A DNA stretch of 64,000 nt from the NCBI RefSeq assembly GCF_964355755.1, contig NC_092670.1, forward strand, positions 34,398,388-34,462,387. Direction: 5' to 3'. The position numbers and the translations under genes are program-made. Shown here piece by piece: positions 38,286 through 51,617 of this stretch. Numbering within the stretch: the stretch's first letter is position 1; each line of letters opens with the position of its first letter. The stretch comes from Antedon mediterranea (taxonomy: Eukaryota; Animalia; Echinodermata). Below the pieces are notes generated by a model. The model saw nothing but the letters and a program-made list of their open reading frames with translations, was not told the DNA's origin and searched no databases.

Positions 38286-41005
38286 TGTAACAGGGTAACA
38301 GGTATGCTTATACCCAAATACTTGAATGATTTATCTGCTGAATCTGACTTGAATCTGAGAAACCTTGTGGGACCCATTAAAGTAAAAGCTGGAATGATAA
38401 GTGACCATGCTATAAATAGATGAGTCACCTCATCCAAGTGGCGGGAAAATGGTCATGAATATTTAGTGTATAATGTTTCAGTATGGGTCAGTTCATAAAT
38501 GGACAAGGGATTTTGTTAATTGATTTGCATTTTTAATAGTTTCTTTTTTTGTATAACCGAACTTTAAATTGATAATTACATGTGTATGACTCGAGTTACA
38601 ATACAATCGTTCTGTAAACTATGAAATAACGTTATGGTAAATGTATGTACCATCGGTTAAAAATTGTCATAGTACCCAACTGGGAATGGATGACACTTAC
38701 TAGTGCCTAGCCCAAAGTGAAGGTTTTCATCTCCTTCCGACTGGTTACTAGGTAAGCATCTATATTTTTATCTCTCTTAATTTTAGAATTGTTTTACTAT
38801 AGTTAATATAGTTGATTAGTTATTTGATGTTATACTATAGTTAATATAGTTGATTAGTTAATTGATTGTTACACTAGACACAACGCAATAGTAGCCTATA
38901 CTGTCGTTAATGATACGATCACTGATGTTATCTTAAATAGTAACACTGTTTTTGTTATATCTCCTTCCGACTGGTTACTAGCTTCAATAAAAGAATTTAA
39001 CTTTTCCAAACCAAGAACTGTCTCTGTGGATGATTTTATTGTGTTTGTGCCAGTGCTGCAGCTCCTGAAAATACTACGCGATAAAGCTACGACGCTAGTA
39101 GTACGAACCTGTTACATTTGGTGCCGTGACCAGGATTTGCTGTTCAGCCAGGAAGGGATCACTCTCAAGAAAGACTACGATAAGTGCTGATTAGTCTTTT
39201 CTTGAGTTTTAACCAGCCATTTGGAAAGATGTGGATCTTACTCAACCTTACGTCCCTGAAGCTGCAGTACCAGAATCTGCTAATACAATATCCATAGAAC
39301 AATAAGAAACACCATCTATCAACCCTGCTTCTGCCCAGGCATCTGTGGAACCGTCAGAAACTTCTCCTTCAACTGAGCATGATATCACTCCCGTCGCAGT
39401 CGTCATGGATCATACTGATGATGATAACTCCTCAGGAGAAACACGTTCAGAACCAACCTTAAGTCTCCGACGTTCGAAACGTGTAATTAAACCGCCAGAC
39501 CGATACGGCTTTATTTCTAAGTGGCTCTGGGGAACCCCTGCACTAACATTCCATGTGGGTTGTTTAGATGTTTGATTGTTTAAACTGTATTAATTTTGCT
39601 TGACACTTAACTTGTTTTTTTATATAATTATGTCTGAGAGAAGACAATTTTACTTGATTTTAATTTTAATCTCAATAGTTTAATTTGTTACCTTTATTGT
39701 ATACTGTATCTTTTGTATGATCATGTTTTTTTAACATACTTGTTTGCCATGTGTATGGCTTGTGTTATGTTGGTACATCACCTTGTGTTGGGTGGGATTG
39801 AACCTTCGAGTAGTAATCGCAGGATTTCGAGAAACTTGTGAAGTGTAAACGGGCACTTCTGTACACCGACTATTGTGGGGATGGCCATCCTTCAATAGTT
39901 TATCCATTTGGATAAATTTTTATTGGTTGTTTCTAATAATTCTGCATAACTTCTCTCATTGGTTCAATCAGGTACAGGTATGCTGTTGTGATACAACAGT
40001 TTGGTTTTTTTTATAAATGCCATTTAGTTAAGTTTTTTTATTTTTAGTTTTTTTATGTAATTCCCTATGATGTCATTTTCATTGTATAAATCGTGACTAA
40101 TGTACCAAGGTATTTAGGTTTAGGTTAATGAATTTGTATATCACTGAGATTTAGCAGATAAATGGGGGGTGAGTGTAACAGGGTAACAGGTATGCTTATA
40201 CCCAAATACTTGAATGATTTATCTGCTGAATCTGACTTGAATCTGAGAAACCTTGTGGGACCCATTAAAGTAAAAGCTGGAATGATAAGTGACCATGCTA
40301 TAAATAGATGAGTCACCTCATCCAAGTGGCGGGAAAATGGTCATGAATATTTAGTGTATAATGTTTCAGTATGGGTCAGTTCATAAATGGACAAGGGATT
40401 TTGTTAATTGATTTGCATTTTTAATAGTTTCTTTTTTTTGTATAACCGAACTTTAAATTGATAATTACATGTGTATGACTCGAGTTACAATACAATCGTT
40501 CTGTAAACTATGAAATAACGTTATGGTAAATGTATGTACCATCGGTTAAAAATTGTCATAGTACCCAACTGGGAATGGATGACACTTACTAGTGCCTAGC
40601 CCAAAGTGAAGGTTTTCATCTCCTTCCGACTGGTTACTAGGTAAGCATCTATATTTTTATCTCTCTTAATTTTAGAATTGTTTTACTATAGTTAATATAG
40701 TTGATTAGTTATTTGATGTTATACTATAGTTAATATAGTTGATTAGTTAATTGATTGTTACACTAGACACAACGCAATAGTAGCCTATACTGTCGTTAAT
40801 GATACGATCACTGATGTTATCTTAAATAGTAACACTGTTTTTGTTATATCTCCTTCCGACTGGTTACTAGCTTCAATAAAAGAATTTAACTTTTCCAAAC
40901 CAAGAACTGTCTCTGTGGATGATTTTATTGTGTTTGTGCCAGTGCTGCAGCTCCTGAAAATACTACGCGATAAAGCTACGACGCTAGTAGTACGAACCTG
41001 TTACA
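38286..41005 (+). mobile_element. Young non-autonomous LTR retrotransposon (Gypsy-derived, TRIM/LARD-like)
   Basis: LTRs 38286-39116 and 40174-41005 (TGTAACAGG...CCTGTTACA), apparently identical except one T; TSD TATG; PBS TGGTGCCGTGACCAGGAT 39119-39136 (tRNA-His type); PPT about 40156-40173; integrase-tail remnant LRRSKRVIKPPDRY. Confidence 0.95.
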
Positions 41006-43294
41006 TATGACACCACATAAAATCATAAGTGGTAATTAAAATAAAATTAGCTTTTCCTTCCTATTGTTCTTATAAGATAACTTTCTACTTTTGGGGGTTT
41101 TTGTATTCAGAAACATACTTCTTTGTATCTGTTGTTGCACTGGTTCTCGGGTTTTTTTCTAAGAGATGTTGCAACACTTTTCCAGCATTCGTCTTAAGTG
41201 CATCTCCTCCATCCATTTTTTATCTTCTTTTTTTAAAAATTGTATTGTATTGTGTAATGGTATTGGTGCGGAGCTAACAGCATTTATATCTTAAAACTGT
41301 GTACGTTATATTATAGATGATATATTATGTACTACATTGCTGCTCACAGGTGATCATACGTAAAACACGTCATACTATTTGTAGAATCATTAATATTTAT
41401 TTCTTAATAGCTTTTAAAATAAATTTGCTGTTGTTAAGAAAACATTAATTTAGCAATACATAGTAATTCCTTGGCTCCATAGTATCAGAAATAGTACATA
41501 TAGAAAAGTTTTGTTTTTACAGAATTAGTTATGATTTTAAAAGTCATTTGTAGAGGCATTACTATTTCTTTTAGTAGTTTTAAAAACTAAACTTATGACA
41601 AACAAAATCATACACTACTTACTTTTAACCATTTATTATGTTATTTTAAAAGTGAAAACATTATTTTTTTTCGGTTTTTCCCCTATGGCAATGAATAACC
41701 TATTCAAAATCTGATTTAATCAATCTTCATTTTCCATGTTTTTGGGGGACAATACATCTTTAAGACAAGCTGTTCTAAAATTCACTGTGTTCATCAACGT
41801 CATAAGTATTTAAAACAAGTATAGAAAAATGGGTAGCTTTAAGAAATACTATTATGCTAATATAATTTCTAATTTGATACGATTTATCAGAAAAGGAATT
41901 ACTGTGATACGAGTTACAGGTGGTACTGATCTATTATGATTTTTATTTCGTTTTATCTTGTATATAAATACATTGTATAATTCGAGTTGTAAAATGAAAA
42001 CAAACAAATGAAAATGAAAATCTCACAAATCCTTTACATATAAATATTTTAAAACGAGATAGATGATAATGATGATCATTGTCAAGTGTATAGAAAAATA
42101 TAAGAAAATTAATGAAAAAAGAAGGTGACACGGAATTCATAAATGTAAAAATGTTACTGATGAATTATAATGACATTTAGAATTAACAAAAATGTGTTAA
42201 ATTATATTATTTTATGTAATGACATGAGATAATATGAATGTGAATAAAAGTGGTGTTTGCGCCACAAAAAAGAGAAAAAAAAAGTATTAAAATAAAACAG
42301 TTTCAAAAAGTGGAGAGTGGAGTATTAAAACATTTATATAATAAAGATGACATTTTATAGCTTAGAGGTCTTTTTTATGTCTCCAAATATTAATACTTCA
42401 TTTGGGTTATTGACAATTTTATAATTATCTAAGGAAACCTAATTTGGCTACCTAAATTAAATACATTGTTACATGCAGTTTATAATTCAGAAACTATTTT
42501 TAGTTTGTTATGTAACCCAATATGTTCTTCCGTATATGACAAATAAAGCACTCATATGTACGAAAGCAGGCCTACTAGAAATCATAAACGTTAATTACCA
42601 TCATCCATTTCCGTCATTATTTTCATTGTAACATAACTCTAGATTTTTGTGTTTGTGTAAAGTTTTATTCAGAAATAATTTCCTTGGATAATTGTATTAA
42701 AATCATATTTTAGTCAATAATACTACTAATAATTAGTTTATTGATTTATTATATACATTACCGTTTTGTAATATGCGTTTTTCAATAATTGAAAATATAT
42801 TGAATAAGTTCAAATTCAAATTCAAATTCAAAAAGACATTTATTTTCCTCCATAGCAATACAATACAAAATAATAAACAGAAATGGTAAGGTATATTAAA
42901 AATGAAATAGATGATTGTTGGATATACAAAAGAAAAGTGAATTTAGATCCATTGATTTGTTAAAAGTCCTATTTTCAACAGTTTATAGACTTGTCCCAAG
43001 TCTGTATTTAATTTGTCTTTTTTATATTAGTTCACCAGTCGATGTTTCGATTTTTGTCTGAAAAATATACAGCTCGGGTATTATCGTATGAAACGCCATG
43101 TGGGTCAAAATATTTATCTTTTTTCTAATTTTATATTAAAATACAGTCTAGAAACTATACTGGGGATAAAGTACGGTACTAATTAAAGGATTCTGGTTCA
43201 GAATAGAAACGAACTAGGAATGCCTAGGTAGGCAGGCCTACAAGACGCATTTCTACATTCTAGCTATGAGTTTATTATCATTATGTTATAATAT

Positions 43295-46200
43295 ATCGGT
43301 ATATCTTTATTCAAATGACACAAATAGCCAATGGCTGAAACCGTAGTCGTACAATATTAAAAACAATCATGATAAAAACAGGTAAAAAAAAATAAAAATA
43401 AAGCAGATAATCAAAATAACATTACAAAACATTATTTAACAGTCTAGCCATAGTAGGAACAGGTGATTTCTTAAATCGCTCAGTTCTGCCAAACGGAATA
43501 CGAAGGAGGGGGCGAGACCGAAGGCCGACACCGAAGGCCGACATCATATTCGCGACAATGAGGGAACATATTCCGAAATATGTCAGCAGAGGCAAGAAGT
43601 TTCTCACCAAAAGACAACACCAGACCCACCCTCCTCGTCACAAGCGATGGGAGACCGACGATCTCGCACGCCTCTTCATACATGTGATCAGTCCCTAGTA
43701 TAATTCGAAGAGCTCGTTTCTGGATTCTCTCAATAGCACGAGACTTCTCCCCAGTTAGGTAACCATGCCACACAGGACAAGCATATTCTAACAAAGGTCT
43801 AATATAAGCTAAGTAAACATTAATAAGGTCATTCATTGGTGCATTGGCCTTTTTTAGAATGCATAATGTGAACAATTTTCTTGAAGCCCTACGTACGATA
43901 TCATTAACATGGAGATTCCATCTTAAGTCATTACTAATAGTAACACCTAGGAGTTTCATATGACCAACCACCTCAAGATCAACACCATTGATGGAGAAAT
44001 TGGGAGGAGGAACATCACGACGAAGGAAACTAATTTGCATAGAATTGCACTTAGGTAACATGTTATTATTGTTACTCCATTCGTTAAAGTCATCTAGTAA
44101 AGACTGCATATTTGAATTATCACCAATTCTATTCATCTCACTTAAAGTTAAATCATCCACTTATTTCCACCGTCTGCAGCTTTCTAAACAAGCATCATTA
44201 ATCAGGACTAGATGCCCTCTATTTTATTGGTTTACATAGCGACGATCTTAAGAATCATTTTAATTGACTAGATGGTTCTCGAATACATAATAATTTCAGC
44301 GTTAAAAAAACTGGCGATTTCAAATGTACGTACCGCAGGACAATAATACATGTCGTTTACAGGAACGAATAAATAGACAGTGATTTATGTACTCAACTAA
44401 AATTAGCACCCTGGGAATTACTTTCGAAAGAGAAACTTGTCACAAAATGAGACCAATTGTTTAAGTCAAATTTAAACAAACTTAATTTGTGTTTTGTATG
44501 TAATATTAGGGTTGAGGGATGGGGAAGAGGATGGGTGCAAAGAGGAACAATTTTTAAATATATTCTTTATCCATTTAGTAACGAAATATTAATTGTTTTC
44601 ATGTTTTACAAATAATATACCACTAAACACAGTAAAACATTGCGATGTAATACTTTGTTGAAACTATCACCGTCCAAGTCGATTGAAATAGTACAGTACA
44701 TGTAACGATACATCACTACGACGTGTATATGTTTATATAATGTAAAACAATTTGTGAAAACCACCTCTATTCGGGGAAAATCATAAATTCGATTTAATCG
44801 TCAATAAATATTAAATTATCTAACTCAACTTAATTAGTAGGCCTAATGGTTTTCAATTGTTTCTTAGAGCCAATTCATACTTAAGTTGGTTCCTACCCTA
44901 CCCACCAAAGTTGTTCTGCGTTTAGGGCATGTGATGTACCGTAGGCCTATTCTCTACTGGTTTTACAACCTTGAGGGAAGGGTGATGATGTGGGTGGTTT
45001 AACTGCAATAATAAAGATTTGTACATAATATACGGCGAGTGAAAACGCTAACTCATTATTCGTTTAAAAAAAATTATATCCAACCTCTGCAGCACAGATT
45101 GAAAACAAAAATTGATCGAATTTCGAGTATACAGTACTGTACTTGCCTTTACGACGCCTGAGGGAATAGACACTTGTGGAACAGAGATTGGAATGTTCCA
45201 TTCATCGCAAATCAATAAATTTGTATAAACGTATATTAAATCTATCAAAATAGTATTTTTTAAAGAAAATCGGCCTGTCTTCAACATTATGATGCTGTAC
45301 TCGAGCTGTTCAACCGGTTTTCAGCCATTAAAAACAATTATCGTAGGAGGAGATAGGAAAATGCGAAGCATCCTCGTATATTGTCTGCGGGTATTTTTCA
45401 AGACGGACATCCATTAGACAGTGTATACCACGATCGAAAAACACCCCTATTTGGGGCAAATCGTTGAACCTAAATTCGTTTTAATCGTCAATAACTAATT
45501 ATCTAACTTAATTTAATTAGTAAACAGGGTTACCATCAGGTGGTTAAAATCAGTACCGAAAGTAGGAACCAACTTTATATACCATCGAGTACAAATTCTA
45601 GAAGTAAGGCGCGATTTACCGAATTTTGCCCTTACGTAAATTTATATATAGATGAGGAAAAGAATAGGGCCTAATTTAGTTCCTTGAGGGACGCCGCAAG
45701 TAATTTGGGCAATAGAAGAAACTGAATTGTCGTGCTTGGTGTTGATAGTACGGTTAGTAAGAAAGCTGCAGACGGTGGGAATAATGGATCGTCTAACACC
45801 AATATCTATCATTTTACGAATAAGTACAGAATGATCTACATGATCGAAAGCCTTAGTGAAGTCGATGGTGCAAAGATTAACATACTTATTGCCCCCTCAA
45901 GGTCTTTAACAATCGAGTCAATCATGCTGACCAAGTAGTGGGTCGTTGATGCACCTTTTCTACTTCCAAACTGTTTTGAATCCAGTTTACCACTGGTATC
46001 TTCAACGATCCATTTCACAAGAAACGATTCGAAAACGCGTGCAAAAATGGGGGTCAATGAGATAGGTCTTAAATTATTACAACTACTAGCAGATTTAGTC
46101 TTAGGTAAAGGGATAATCGTCGCAGTCTTCCATGGGTCTGGGAATAATCCTTCTTTCAAAGCGAAATTAAATACACTGGTTAAAGGTGGAGCAATCTCAA

Positions 46201-48046
46201 ATGCAAACTGTTTGATGAGCCTCAACGGTAAGTCATCTGGGTGTCCTGACTTACTAACAATCAACTTGTTGAGTTCTGCTTGCACTTGACCAACATAAAT
46301 AATTGAAGGTTCGGCTGATGGTAAATATGCAGGTAGAGTTTTCCTGTCAAGGGATGAAAGTTGACGACAAACACTGGCAAAGTGAGCGTTGATTTCCTCC
46401 ACTGTATCACGTGGTCCAAGACCAGGTATCTTAAATTGTGGTTTAGGTTTAAGATTACATAATTTCTGGATTGCACGATGCCAGCCAGACGGGTTATTAC
46501 TTTTCAGGTTAGCAATCGAGCTCTCATAAAAATTAACTTTCGAACTTGTAGGCCTAATTGCTCTTTGTGCAGCATTGCGAAGTGGTATCCATTCATCATT
46601 TTTTCCATACTTAATAAATACTTCTTGACGCTTGTCCAGGACGTTCTTAACACTCTGTGTTGTTAACCACGACGGTTCAGATACTCTCCTGCGCTTAGTA
46701 GAGGTCGGGAACGCTTTCGAAAATTCACCTTTAAGTATGGAGTGAAGTTCGTCGGCTTTACTAGAACAATCATCCGCATTATACACTTGGAGCCAATCAT
46801 ACTGTGTGATCCATTCACCAAACTTCCTAACAGACGATTCTTTAAAGGGTCTCGTGGTAATTTTGTAATGCGTTTTTTGTGGCAAACAAATCCGAGGTTC
46901 TAATAAAACAGAATCGTGGTCACTACGTCCCAGAGGCGGTAAACGCTTAGGCTCGTGGAACAAATCAAGGTAATTCACAAACACTTTATCCAATATAGCA
47001 TCATCGCGTGTAGCAAAATTGACGACTTGGGTCATTCCCAGTAAAATGGTAAAATCCTCAGTTTGTAAATCATTAAAATCTCCAAGTACCAATATAGGCG
47101 CAGTAGGCTTAATAGTGCGTATTGAGTCAATAGTATCAACTATGTGAGCTAAAAGATCACCACTGCCTGCAGCGGAAGGTGGGTAGTAAATAGCCCCAAC
47201 ATAGAGTACCGGATATTTACATACACAAGGCATTGTAATCCTTGTCCACAAACATTCAAAACAACACGGTCTATGCTTGATTGGCACTTGCGTTGTGAGA
47301 TGCTCATTTACATAAATCGCGACACCTCCGCCTCGTCTATCAGTTCTGTTCTTAGCAATACATGTAAATCTGGGAATCTGTGCTATGCATTCATTGATCT
47401 CATTAAGCCACGATTCAGTTATCACAGCTATGTCAACACGATGTTTTAAAATTGTAGCTTGAAATTCATTAATTTTATTAACAATTGACCGAGCATTACT
47501 GAGAAAAAATTTAGGAAGTCCCGTGCTACTATAATATTGCACCGAGTACTTGTATTTATCAAGTTATCAGCGTTAATCCCGCGTCCAATTGAAACACCAT
47601 TAGTGTTCCTGTGCCTACTGCTAATACGTACAGAAATATTCCTTCTAAGTTTCTTGCCCGCTCGTTTACCACGGCGTCTTTTTTTTACTTTAAAGTTATC
47701 AATACAGCACGGCTGATTACAATTTAAATCATACTCACTAAGACATGTAAAATATGCCTTCGTTGTATCATAATCGACCATACGTGGTTGGGTCAATCGC
47801 GGGTAGAACCCTGGATCTCATCGCGAGCACCGAGTCACAATCGATCCAAAACGGCCTACGATTATGTTCAATCAAAAAGACATCAAAACACCTCAGAAAC
47901 ACAAAAGTTATCAAAATTCCACTAAACATGTATACAAACAGCAGAACAGTTCCCCAAAAAAAGCACAAAACTGAACAAAATCCGGTAAAATCAGCAATTA
48001 AGCGGGACAAATCCGCGAGGTCCAGCAGGTGTACGTCTGCGCCTCC
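43295..48046 (-). mobile_element. Near-full-length non-LTR retrotransposon (APE endonuclease + RT, CR1/L2/Rex-Babar group), disabled
   Basis: NARSI, ITESWL, RRGGGVAIY, LGDFN, SDH (APE); LRPISLT, QFG, GVPQGTKLGP, WK*VDD, LLGVTI, RPLLEYA (RT). Frameshifts near 47545, 45895 and 43530; AATAAA tail near 43306; possible TSD TAATAT (43289-43294, 48047-48052). Confidence 0.92.
44208..45652 (-). mobile_element. Non-autonomous Helitron-like insertion inside the LINE RT
   Basis: Minus strand A|TCTATATATAAAT....GGGCATCTAG|T with no TSD. Excision restores TTC CTC ATC CTG ATT AAT GAT (FLILIND) in frame. No clear 3' hairpin. Confidence 0.8.
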
Positions 48047-48120
48047 TAATATGTTCTGCATGTTACTTTATTTCTAAGCAACCATATCCAATGTCAGCGG
48101 TACTCTGTATTACACTGCTA

Positions 48121-49356
48121 TTATACGTGCGCTTTAGTAATAGGCTGGAGATAGTCGTCCACTCTATCGTCCGATATTACATTCAAGCTACGGCCATAAC
48201 ATTCATTTGAAAATAGTTCAACATGTTCCATTTTAGTTATAGGCTTATTAGGTTTCTTATCTTGGTTTGCCCTTACTGTTGCACCGTGCCTACTTGTGGA
48301 AGGTTGGGCACAATAATCTTCAATGTCATGGTATACATGTTCAACTTGTTGCATGTTTGTACTCTTCTTCATAGATTGTGACAAGTTATTATCAGTTTGT
48401 TTGGCTCTCTCTACTTTCGTCTGTCTACCCGTAGGTGGTTTTACAAGTGTATTTTTCTTGCAAGATTCATCTGCTGACTTTGGTTTCACTGACTCTGGTT
48501 GTTTTTTTGTTGAATGTTGATCTGCATCATTGATAGACTGTTTTCTTTTAAGTTCATACAACAACAAAAGAAGAACAAATAGCAGCAGGATTCCAGTTGT
48601 AGTTGCAAGGATTATAATGACCAAATGTGATGTGTTCCATTTCGTTGGTAGATCATCCTTTAAAATTATTGCAGAACATATTTTTTCTGAAAGATTGGAA
48701 TCATATGTGGGATATAAAAAACAATAAAAGAATATACCATCTCCTGATTGAAAGCCTATAAAACTTTGATTAAAACTCATTGTGACCGAGGAATTAGGCA
48801 AATAGTAAGAACGTGTAATGTTATGTGATCCTTGAATCCATCCAATTGTGATTTCAGTTGCAAAGTTGTTGTCGTCCACACGATTTGAACTATAATATTG
48901 CAGCTTACATGGGATTGTTATTTTTTGTCCCTCTATAATGTTATCAACAAAGTCTTCACAGAGAAAATCCCATCCACTGTGAACCGTGTGTGTTCCATAC
49001 ACGCTACCTGAAGTAATCATGAAGTGTTGATTATCCTCGTCCTGACATGTGAATATTCCTGAATCATTGTTATTATTGAAAGATAGAAAGTATTGACAGT
49101 CTGCTTGAAAGTTTTGTACATAAACTGTTTTGTAGAAATATGATAGACCTACTGTAGAGCTTTCGGCGATGTTTCTTAAAACATTTAAGCTGTACGTTTT
49201 ATGTGATTCTATGATGTATATTGGTTGTCTGTCTCTCACAAAGTCCGTAAAGAAAAAATCAAACTCAACAAACTGTTCTTTTGCAGTTACATACCTGATA
49301 CACATCAAACTGATCACAATAAGACACAGATTAAAACACGGCATAGTGCGAACCAT
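48121..49356 (-). CDS. Array member B: intronless type I membrane protein, 2 Ig-like domains, Tyr-motif tail (411 aa)
   Basis: Signal peptide; CQYFLSF..DSGIFTCQ; IIEGQKITIPCKL..GWIQ..GDGIFFYC; TM; EHVYHDI, ELFSNECYG, DDYLQP. Confidence 0.85.
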   Translation of the reverse strand: MVRTMPCFNLCLIVISLMCIRYVTAKEQFVEFDFFFTDFVRDRQPIYIIESHKTYSLNVLRNIAESSTVGLSYFYKTVYVQNFQADCQYFLSFNNNNDSGIFTCQDEDNQHFMITSGSVYGTHTVHSGWDFLCEDFVDNIIEGQKITIPCKLQYYSSNRVDDNNFATEITIGWIQGSHNITRSYYLPNSSVTMSFNQSFIGFQSGDGIFFYCFLYPTYDSNLSEKICSAIILKDDLPTKWNTSHLVIIILATTTGILLLFVLLLLLYELKRKQSINDADQHSTKKQPESVKPKSADESCKKNTLVKPPTGRQTKVERAKQTDNNLSQSMKKSTNMQQVEHVYHDIEDYCAQPSTSRHGATVRANQDKKPNKPITKMEHVELFSNECYGRSLNVISDDRVDDYLQPITKAHV

Positions 49357-49479
49357 TACACTTCTGAGCAGTATCTGAAAAACTTATAAAATGAGACCTA
49401 CATACGTAATTGTTACGAAAGCTGGTAATAAATCAAACAACAGGCTCTCCCGATAGAATGAAGTGTGAAAACAGTAAGA

Positions 49480-49815
49480 TTGTAATTTTACATTGGATCT
49501 ATCCAATTGTTATGCACAGTCACAGTCCACAGCCGATGTACATGAGCTTGCGTTCAGTTTTAAATTCTCTACACATACTATCCCAATCAAGGTACTATAT
49601 GTAACACAATATTCTTCTTCCGTATGACACCACATAAAATCATAAGTGCTAATTAAAATAAAATTAGCCTTTCCTTCCCTTCCTATTGTTTTTATAAGAT
49701 AACTTTCTATTTTGGGGGGTTTTGTATTCCGAAACTTGCTTCTTTGTATCTGTTGTTTATTGTAAAAGATGTTGCAACACTTCTTCAGCATTCGCCTTAA
49801 GTGCATCTCCTCCAT
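49480..49815 (-). pseudogene. Decayed ectodomain fragment of the array family; a paralogous copy is split by the LTR (38000-38285 + 41006-41220), and another remnant lies at about 42500-42650
   Basis: Frameshifted similarity: IVCVEN..CKLMY..CITIG*IQCKIT vs ..CKLQY..EITIGWIQGSHKIT; DNA duplication of 49480-51040 with 38107-38285 / 41006-41760. Confidence 0.5.
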
Positions 49816-51617
49816 TCATTTTCTGTTTAATTTTTTAAAATTTTATTGTATTGTGTAATGGTATTAGTGCGGAGCTAACAGCATGTATATCTTAAAACTG
49901 TGTACGTTGTATTATAAATGGTATATTATGTAATACATTGCTGTTCACGCGTGATCATACACACATTAAAACACGTCATACTATTTGTAGAATCATTAAT
50001 ATTTATTTCTTAACAGCTTTTAAAATAAATTTGCTGTTGTTAAGAAAACATTCATTAAGCAATATATAGTAATTCCCTGGTATCTGAAAAAGTACGTATA
50101 AAAGTTTTGTTTTTACAGAATTAGTTATTATTTTAGAACTATATTGTTTGTAGAGACATTACTATTTCTTTTAGTAGTTTTTAAAACTAAACTTATGATA
50201 ACAAAATCATACACTACGTACTGTCATTACAAAAGTTTGTAATAATACATAATACTTTCTTGGCTCCAGTCTATCAGAAAAACGAAGTGTAGAAGTTTTG
50301 TTTTTACAAATTTAGTTTAGTGATTTTAAACGGTACATATTGTTTGTAGAAGCACTGTTACAAATCTAGTTAATTTTTTTTTTTTACATTTCCATTATAC
50401 AATACAAACTATTATTACATTCGTTCTATACATTAGATTGATTATTAAACAGGAATAGAAACATATTTTCACTAAATTATCAGAAAGAGATAATATTAAT
50501 TATCAGAAAGTGGTAACATTATCAAATATCAAATCAATATTTTAAAACATATTAGTGGACGATCAAGTCCAACAACAAACACGTTGTACACCATACAATA
50601 ACACGTACACAACAAATAAAAATACACAATTTGTGTTACATGTATTTGCAAAAACCTAAATAGAATAAATATATTATTTTAAGTAATACTAATACATGTT
50701 ATATATTATATTGCCATAAGTTAACTTAGCTATATTGTCCCCCTTAAAAAATGTTTTCTTACATTTTTTTTAATGTCACATAATAGTCATTCACTTTGAC
50801 CAAAAATTGGATCGAACAAAAAAGTTCTTAAAAAAAACCTGTAATTTAAAGCAAAAAAATAGTTTAATTGCCAATGGGTTTTTGGTTAATTTTAACCATT
50901 TATTTTATCATTTTATAAGTGAAAAAATTAATAATTTCCATTTTTTTCTTATGGAAGTGATTAAAACTACAAAATAATCTATTCAAAGTCTGATTTTATT
51001 AATCTTTATTTTTCATGTTTTTGGGGGACAATACATCTTTAATAGTTCGGATGTGCTTGCAAATCTTTTAAACGTTTAAACATTATGACATTATGACATT
51101 TGTTTGAATTGTCTTATACAATATCCAATTTTGTATTCGATTTTAATTAATCTAGTCAATATTTCTTGTACTGTATCCATGAACACTTTTCTTTTCAGTG
51201 TAGATATTAAGTATCAATGACATATAAGTTTTAAGTTTCATATCAGATCGTAAACATACTTTTAAGTATGTTTACAAATTTTGTTTTAAACAAGTTAATT
51301 TTGATTGATTTAATATAATAATAATGGCATTAGAAGAAATATAATTTGGCATATGTCACTGTACAGTATATGATTCATGCGAATATTAAGGGTTGTTTTT
51401 TTATTGTTTTTTTTAATGCTTTTGGGTCATTTTCTTTTATTTACCAAGATTATATGATTGCAGCTCTAACGATACAAGCATATTTTGTCTGTTTACATTT
51501 ATTAAATTATGCATTTTAAATTTCCAATGCAATCACTATTTTTAAGATATTATTTCTAAGTAACCATCGTCATTTTCATCGGCACTGTATATTTTATTGC
51601 TGTGCAACTGTGTTGTT

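Noticed and set aside
38204-40325. Duplicate ORFs MDEVTHLFIAW..
   Set aside because: Antisense frames in the two LTR copies; no coding evidence.
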